64,000 nucleotides of DNA from Azolla caroliniana. Lineage: Eukaryota > Plantae > Polypodiophyta. The DNA lies in contig JBHGNT010000132.1 in NCBI GenBank assembly GCA_043228905.1, positions 6,597-70,596 of the forward strand. Reading direction: 5' to 3'. The notes beneath the pieces are model-generated. The model saw only the letters and a program-made list of their open reading frames with translations, searched no databases and had not been told where the DNA came from. This document shows positions 57,801 through 64,000 of this stretch, piece by piece. A program made the translations under genes and the position numbers. The first letter of the stretch is position 1, and each line of letters begins with the position of its first letter.

Positions 57801-58722
57801 CTCAACTCACTCCTCAAATATGGTAATTTCGTCGTGTCTGTCGACCTGAGTTTTAAAATCTTGATTTTTTAATTCCATATCATAGCTAGCGTTGTTAGCT
57901 TCGATTCGCATGTTTGAACACAGAAATCCGATATCACACGAGCCAGGTATGAACATTTTAATTTACCTCCTAGCTCTTCTTAACTCACTCCTCAAATTTG
58001 GTAATTTCGTCATGTCTCTCGACTTGAGTTTCAAAATCTTGATTTTTTAATTCCCCATCATAGCTAGCGTTGTTAGCTTCGATTCGCATGTTTGAAAACA
58101 AAAATACGATATGACACGAGTCAGGTATGAATATTTTAATTTACTCAAGGGCTCCTCTCAACTCACTCCTCAAATTTGGTAATTTCGTCATGTCTGTCAA
58201 CCTGAGTTTCAAAATCTTGATTTTTTAATTCCATATCATAACTAGCATTGTTAGCTTCGATTCGCATGTTTGAACACAAAAATCCGATATTACACGAGCC
58301 AGGTATGAACATTTTCATTTACTCAAGGGCTCCTCTCAACTCACTCCTCAAATTTGGTAATTTCTTCATGTCTCTCGACCTGAGTTTCAAAATCTGGATT
58401 TCTTAATTCCATATCATAGCTAGCGTTGTTAGCTTCGATTCGCATGTTTGAACACAAATATACGATATCACACGAGCCAGGTATGAACTATTTAATTTAC
58501 CTCCTAGCTCTTCTCAACTCACTCCTCAAATTTGGTAATTTATTCATGTCTCTCGACCTGAGTTTCAAAATCTTGATTTTTTAATTCCATATCATAGCTA
58601 GCATTGTTAGCTTCGATTCGCATGTTTGAACACAAAAATCCGATATCACACGAGCCAGGTATGAACTATTTAATTTACCTCCTAGCTCTTCTCAACTCAC
58701 TCCTCAAATTTGGAAATTTTGT

Positions 58723-58832
58723 CATGTCTCTCGACCTGAGTTTCAAAATCCGATATGACACGAGCCAGGTATGGACATTTTCATTTACTCAAGGGCTCCT
58801 CTCCACTACTTCCTCAAGTTTGCTAATTTCGT
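58723..58832. repeat. 110-bp monomer from a 68-bp microhomology-flanked deletion (copy 1)
   Basis: TTTCAAAATC|CGATATGAC joins the AAAATC at monomer positions 23-28 to the AAAATC at positions 91-96. Confidence 0.95.
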
Positions 58833-61146
58833 CATCTCTCTCGACCTGAGTGTCAAAATCTTGATTTTTTAATTCCATGTCATAGCTAGCGTTGTTAGCT
58901 TCGATTCGCATGTTTGAACACAAAAATCCGATATTACACGAGCCAGGTATGAACATTTTCATTTACTCAAGGGCTCCTCTCAACTCACTACTCAAATTTG
59001 GTAATTTCGTCATGTCTCTCGACCTGAGTTTCAAAATCTTGATTTTTTAATTCCATATCATAGCTAGCGTTGTTAGCTTCGATTCGCATGTTTGAACACA
59101 AAAATCCGATATAATACGAGCCAGGTATGAACATTTTAATTTACTCAAGGGCTCCTCTCAACTCACTCCTCCAATTTGGTAATTCCGTCATGTGTCTCGA
59201 CCTGAGTTTCAAAATCTTGATTTTTTAATTCCGTATCATACCTAGCGTTGTTAGCTTCCATTCGCATGTTTGACCACAAAAATCCGATATCACACGAGCC
59301 AAGTATGAACATTTTAATTTACCTCCTAGCTCTTCTCCACTCACTCCTCAAATTTGGTAATTTCTTCATGTCTCTCGACCTGAGTTTCAAAATCTTGATT
59401 TTTTAATTCCATATCATAGCTAGCGTTGTTAGCTTCGATTCGCATGTTTGAACACAAAAATCCTATATTACACGAGCCAGGTATGAACATTTTCATTTAC
59501 TCAAGGGCTCCTCTCAACTCACTCCTCAAATTTGGAAATTTCATCATGTCGCTCGACCTGAGTTTCAAAATCTTGATTTTTTAATTCCATAATATAGCTA
59601 GCGTTGTTAGCTTCGATTCGCATGTTTGAACACAAAAATTCGATATCACACAAGCCAGGTATGAACATTTTAATTTACTCAAGGGCTCCTCTCAACTCAC
59701 TCCTCAAATTTGGTAATTTCGTCATGTCTCTCGACCTGAGTTTCAAAATCTTCATTTTTTAATTCCATATCATAGCTAGCGTTGTTAGCTTCGATTCGCA
59801 TGTTTGAACACAAAAATCCGATATGACACGAGCCAGGTATGAACATTTTGATTTACTCAAGGGCTCCTCTCAACTCACTCCTCAAATTTGGTAATTTCTT
59901 CATGTCTCTCGACCTGAGTTTCAAAATCTTGATTTTTTAATTCCATATCATAGCTAGCGTTGTTAGCTTTGATTCGCATGTTTGAACACAAAAATCCGAT
60001 ATCACACGAGCCAGGTATGAACATTTTCATTTACTCAAGGGCTCCTCTCCACTACTTCCTCAAGTTTGCTAATTTCGTCATGTCTCTCGACCTGAGTTTC
60101 AAAATCTTGATTTTTTAATTCCATATCATAGGTAGTGTTGTTAGCTTCGATTTGCATGTTTGAACACAAAAATCCGATATGACACGAGCCAGGTATGAAC
60201 ATTTTAATTTACTCAAGGGCTCCTCTCAACTCACTCCTCAAATATGGTAATTTCGTCGTGTCTGTCGACCTGAGTTTTAAAATCTTGATTTTTTAATTCC
60301 ATATCATAGCTAGCGTTGTTAGCTTCGATTCGCATGTTTGAACACAGAAATCCGATATCACACGAGCCAGGTATGAACATTTTAATTTACCTCCTAGCTC
60401 TTCTTAACTCACTCCTCAAATTTGGTAATTTCGTCATGTCTCTCGACTTGAGTTTCAAAATCTTGATTTTTTAATTCCCCATCATAGCTAGCGTTGTTAG
60501 CTTCGATTCGCATGTTTGAAAACAAAAATACGATATGACACGAGTCAGGTATGAATATTTTAATTTACTCAAGGGCTCCTCTCAACTCACTCCTCAAATT
60601 TGGTAATTTCGTCATGTCTGTCAACCTGAGTTTCAAAATCTTGATTTTTTAATTCCATATCATAACTAGCATTGTTAGCTTCGATTCGCATGTTTGAACA
60701 CAAAAATCCGATATTACACGAGCCAGGTATGAACATTTTCATTTACTCAAGGGCTCCTCTCAACTCACTCCTCAAATTTGGTAATTTCTTCATGTCTCTC
60801 GACCTGAGTTTCAAAATCTGGATTTCTTAATTCCATATCATAGCTAGCGTTGTTAGCTTCGATTCGCATGTTTGAACACAAATATACGATATCACACGAG
60901 CCAGGTATGAACTATTTAATTTACCTCCTAGCTCTTCTCAACTCACTCCTCAAATTTGGTAATTTATTCATGTCTCTCGACCTGAGTTTCAAAATCTTGA
61001 TTTTTTAATTCCATATCATAGCTAGCATTGTTAGCTTCGATTCGCATGTTTGAACACAAAAATCCGATATCACACGAGCCAGGTATGAACTATTTAATTT
61101 ACCTCCTAGCTCTTCTCAACTCACTCCTCAAATTTGGAAATTTTGT

Positions 61147-61256
61147 CATGTCTCTCGACCTGAGTTTCAAAATCCGATATGACACGAGCCAGGTATGGAC
61201 ATTTTCATTTACTCAAGGGCTCCTCTCCACTACTTCCTCAAGTTTGCTAATTTCGT
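61147..61256. repeat. 110-bp monomer from the same 68-bp deletion (copy 2)
   Basis: Same junction and same flanking variants (GGAAATTTTGTC, GTATGGAC, GTCATCTCTC, GAGTGTC), 2424 bp downstream of copy 1. Confidence 0.95.
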
Positions 61257-64000
61257 CATCTCTCTCGACCTGAGTGTCAAAATCTTGATTTTTTAATTCC
61301 ATGTCATAGCTAGCGTTGTTAGCTTCGATTCGCATGTTTGAACACAAAAATCCGATATTACACGAGCCAGGTATGAACATTTTCATTTACTCAAGGGCTC
61401 CTCTCAACTCACTACTCAAATTTGGTAATTTCGTCATGTCTCTCGACCTGAGTTTCAAAATCTTGATTTTTTAATTCCATATCATAGCTAGCGTTGTTAG
61501 CTTCGATTCGCATGTTTGAACACAAAAATCCGATATAATACGAGCCAGGTATGAACATTTTAATTTACTCAAGGGCTCCTCTCAACTCACTCCTCCAATT
61601 TGGTAATTCCGTCATGTGTCTCGACCTGAGTTTCAAAATCTTGATTTTTTAATTCCGTATCATACCTAGCGTTGTTAGCTTCCATTCGCATGTTTGACCA
61701 CAAAAATCCGATATCACACGAGCCAAGTATGAACATTTTAATTTACCTCCTAGCTCTTCTCCACTCACTCCTCAAATTTGGTAATTTCTTCATGTCTCTC
61801 GACCTGAGTTTCAAAATCTTGATTTTTTAATTCCATATCATAGCTAGCGTTGTTAGCTTCGATTCGCATGTTTGAACACAAAAATCCTATATTACACGAG
61901 CCAGGTATGAACATTTTCATTTACTCAAGGGCTCCTCTCAACTCACTCCTCAAATTTGGTAATTCCGTCATGTATCTCGACCTGAGTTTCAAAATCTTGA
62001 TTTTTTAATTCCATATCAGAGCTAGCGTTGTTAGCTTCGATTCGCATGTTTGAACACAAAAATCCGATATAATACGAGCCAGGTATGAACATTTTAATTT
62101 ACTCAAGGGCTCCTCTCAAGTCACTCCTCAAATTTGGTAATTTCATCATGTCTCTCGACCTGAGTTTCAAAATCTTTATTTTTTAATTCCAGATCATAGC
62201 TAGCGTTGTTAGCTTCGATTCGCATGTTTGAACACAAATATACGATATCACACGAGCCAGGTATGAACTATTTAATTTACCTCCTAGCTCTTCTCAACTC
62301 ACTCCTCAAATTTGGAAATTTCGTCATGTCTCTCGACCTGAGTTTCAAAATCTTGATTTTTTAATTCCATGTCATAGCTAGCGTTGTTAGCTTCGATTCG
62401 CATGTTTGAACACAAAAATCCGATATTACACGAGCCAGGTATGAACATTTTCATTTACTCAAGGGCTCCTCTCAACTCACTCCTCAAATTTGGTAATTTC
62501 TTCATGTCTCTCGACCTGAGTTTCAAAATCTTGATTTCTTAATTCCATATCATAGCTAGCGTTGTTAGCTTCGATTCGCATGTTTGAACACAAAAATCCG
62601 ATATCACACGAGCTAGGTATGAACATTTTCGTTTACCCACTAGCTCGTCTTAACTCACTCCTCAAATTTGGTAATTTCCTCATGTCTCTCGACCTGAGTT
62701 TCAAAATCTTCATTTCTTAATTCCATATCGTAGCTAGCGTTGTTAGCTTCGATTCGCATGTTTGAACACAAATATACGATATCACACGAGCCAGGTATGA
62801 ACTATTTAATTTACCTCCTAGCTCTTCTCAACTCACTCCTCAAATTTGGAAATTTCGTCATGTCTCTCGACCTGAGTTTCAAAATCTTGATTTTTTAATT
62901 CCATATCATAGCTAGCGTTGTTAGCTTCGATTCGCATGTTTGAACACAAAAATCCGATATTACACGAGCCAGGTATGAACATTTTCATTTACTCAAGGGC
63001 TCCTCTCAACTCACTCCTCAAATTTGGTAATTTCTTCATGTCTGTCGACCTGAGTTTCAAAATCTTGATTTTTTAATTCCATATCATAGCTAACGTTGTT
63101 AGCTTCGATTCGCATGTTTGAACACAAAAACCCTATATTACACGAGCCAGGTATGAACATTTTAAATTACTCAAGGGCTCCTCTCAACTCACTCCTCAAA
63201 TTTGGTAATTCCGTCATCTCTCTTGACCTGAGTGTCAAAATCTTGATTTTTTAATTCCATATCATAGGTAGCGTTGTTAGCTTCGATTCGCATGTTTGAA
63301 CACAAATATACGATATCACACGAGCCAGGTATGAACTATTTAATTTACCTCCTAGCTCTTCTCAACTCACTCCTCAAATTTGGAAATTTCGTCATGTCTC
63401 TCGACCTGAGTTTCAAAATCTTGATTTTTTAATTCCATAATATAGCTAGCGTTGTTAGCTTCGATTCGCATGTTTGAACACAAAAATTCGATATCACACA
63501 AGCCAGGTATGAACATTTTAATTTACCTCCTAGCACTTCTCAACTCACTCCTCAAATTTGGTGATTTCATCATGTCTCTCGATCTGAGTTTCAAAATCTT
63601 GATTTTTTAATTCCATATCATAGCTAACGTTGTTAGCTTCGATTCGCATGTTTGAACACAAAAACCCTATATTACACGAGCCAGGTATGAACATTTTAAA
63701 TTACTCAAGGGCTCCTCTCAACTCACTCCTCAAATTTGGTAATTCCGTCATGTATCTCGACCTGAGTTTCAAAATCTTGATTTTTTAATTCCATATCAGA
63801 GCTAGCATTGTTAGCTTCGATTCCCATGTTTGAACACAAAAATCCGATATGATACGTGCCAGGTATGAACATTTTAATTTACTCAAGGGCTCCTCTCAAC
63901 TCACTCCTCAAATTTGGAAATTTCATCATGTCGCTCGACCTGAGTTTCAAAATCTTGATTTTTTAATTCCATAATATAGCTAGCGTTGTTAGCTTCGATT

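Larger units (their letters stand above)
57298..61959. repeat. duplication at 2424 bp offset (14 monomers minus 68 bp): 57298-59535 and 59722-61959
   Basis: AAAATCTTCAT at 57321/59745, AGCTTTGATT at 57541/59965, the 110-bp monomer at 58723/61147, and identical ORFs at 58604/61028. Confidence 0.92.
1..64000. repeat. 178-bp tandem satellite DNA array (360 full monomers + partial), centromeric/pericentromeric-like
   Basis: Consensus CATGTCTSTCGACCTGAGTTTCAAAATCTTGATTTTTTAATTCCATATCATAGCTAGCGTTGTTAGCTTCGATTCGCATGTTTGAACACAAAAATCCGATATSACACGAGCCAGGTATGAACATTTTAATTTACTCAAGGGCTCCTCTCAACTCACTCCTCAAATTTGGTAATTTCGT starts at 1, 179, 357 and so on. The last monomer start, 63927, equals 1+360x178-154, which matches the net of the indels I found (+1, +2, five +1, -26, -68, -68). 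The satellite call is direct; the centromeric role is inferred. Confidence 0.98.

Noticed and set aside
58604-58849. 81-aa ORF (MLASIRMFEHKNP...)
   Set aside because: It is translated satellite sequence, opened only because the 68-bp deletion removes a stop codon. It has a TTG start, low-complexity Ser/Leu content and no recognisable domain or gene context.
61028-61273. Second identical 81-aa ORF
   Set aside because: It is a passive copy within the 2424-bp duplication, so identity reflects recent duplication rather than coding constraint.
1-64000. CRISPR-like array or diversity-generating cassette system (constant repeat plus variable box)
   Set aside because: There are no unique spacers. 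The variable part is a few recurring alleles inherited in HOR order, and no cas, recombinase or reverse transcriptase genes are present.

Overview
The whole 64 kb window is one uninterrupted head-to-tail satellite DNA array with a 178-bp monomer: 360 complete monomers plus a 74-bp partial one, all in the same orientation, about 38% GC by my count of the consensus. I see no genes, RNA genes, transposon insertions or CRISPR array. The two 81-aa ORFs are by-products of a duplicated 68-bp deletion. Monomer length, homogeneity and higher-order structure fit a eukaryotic centromeric or pericentromeric satellite, probably from a plant given the CG and CHG transition pattern, but I cannot name the family or species. 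The interest lies in the internal architecture. A recurring ~13-14-monomer higher-order repeat (HOR) has been re-amplified into nested tandem duplications of 534, 2315, 2424, 7120 and 10682 bp. A 6-bp box has three discrete states. Independent indels cluster on one dyad (AAAATC-TT-GATTTT). A more diverged monomer layer starts at about 58.2 kb. I found no evidence of a novel coding system.
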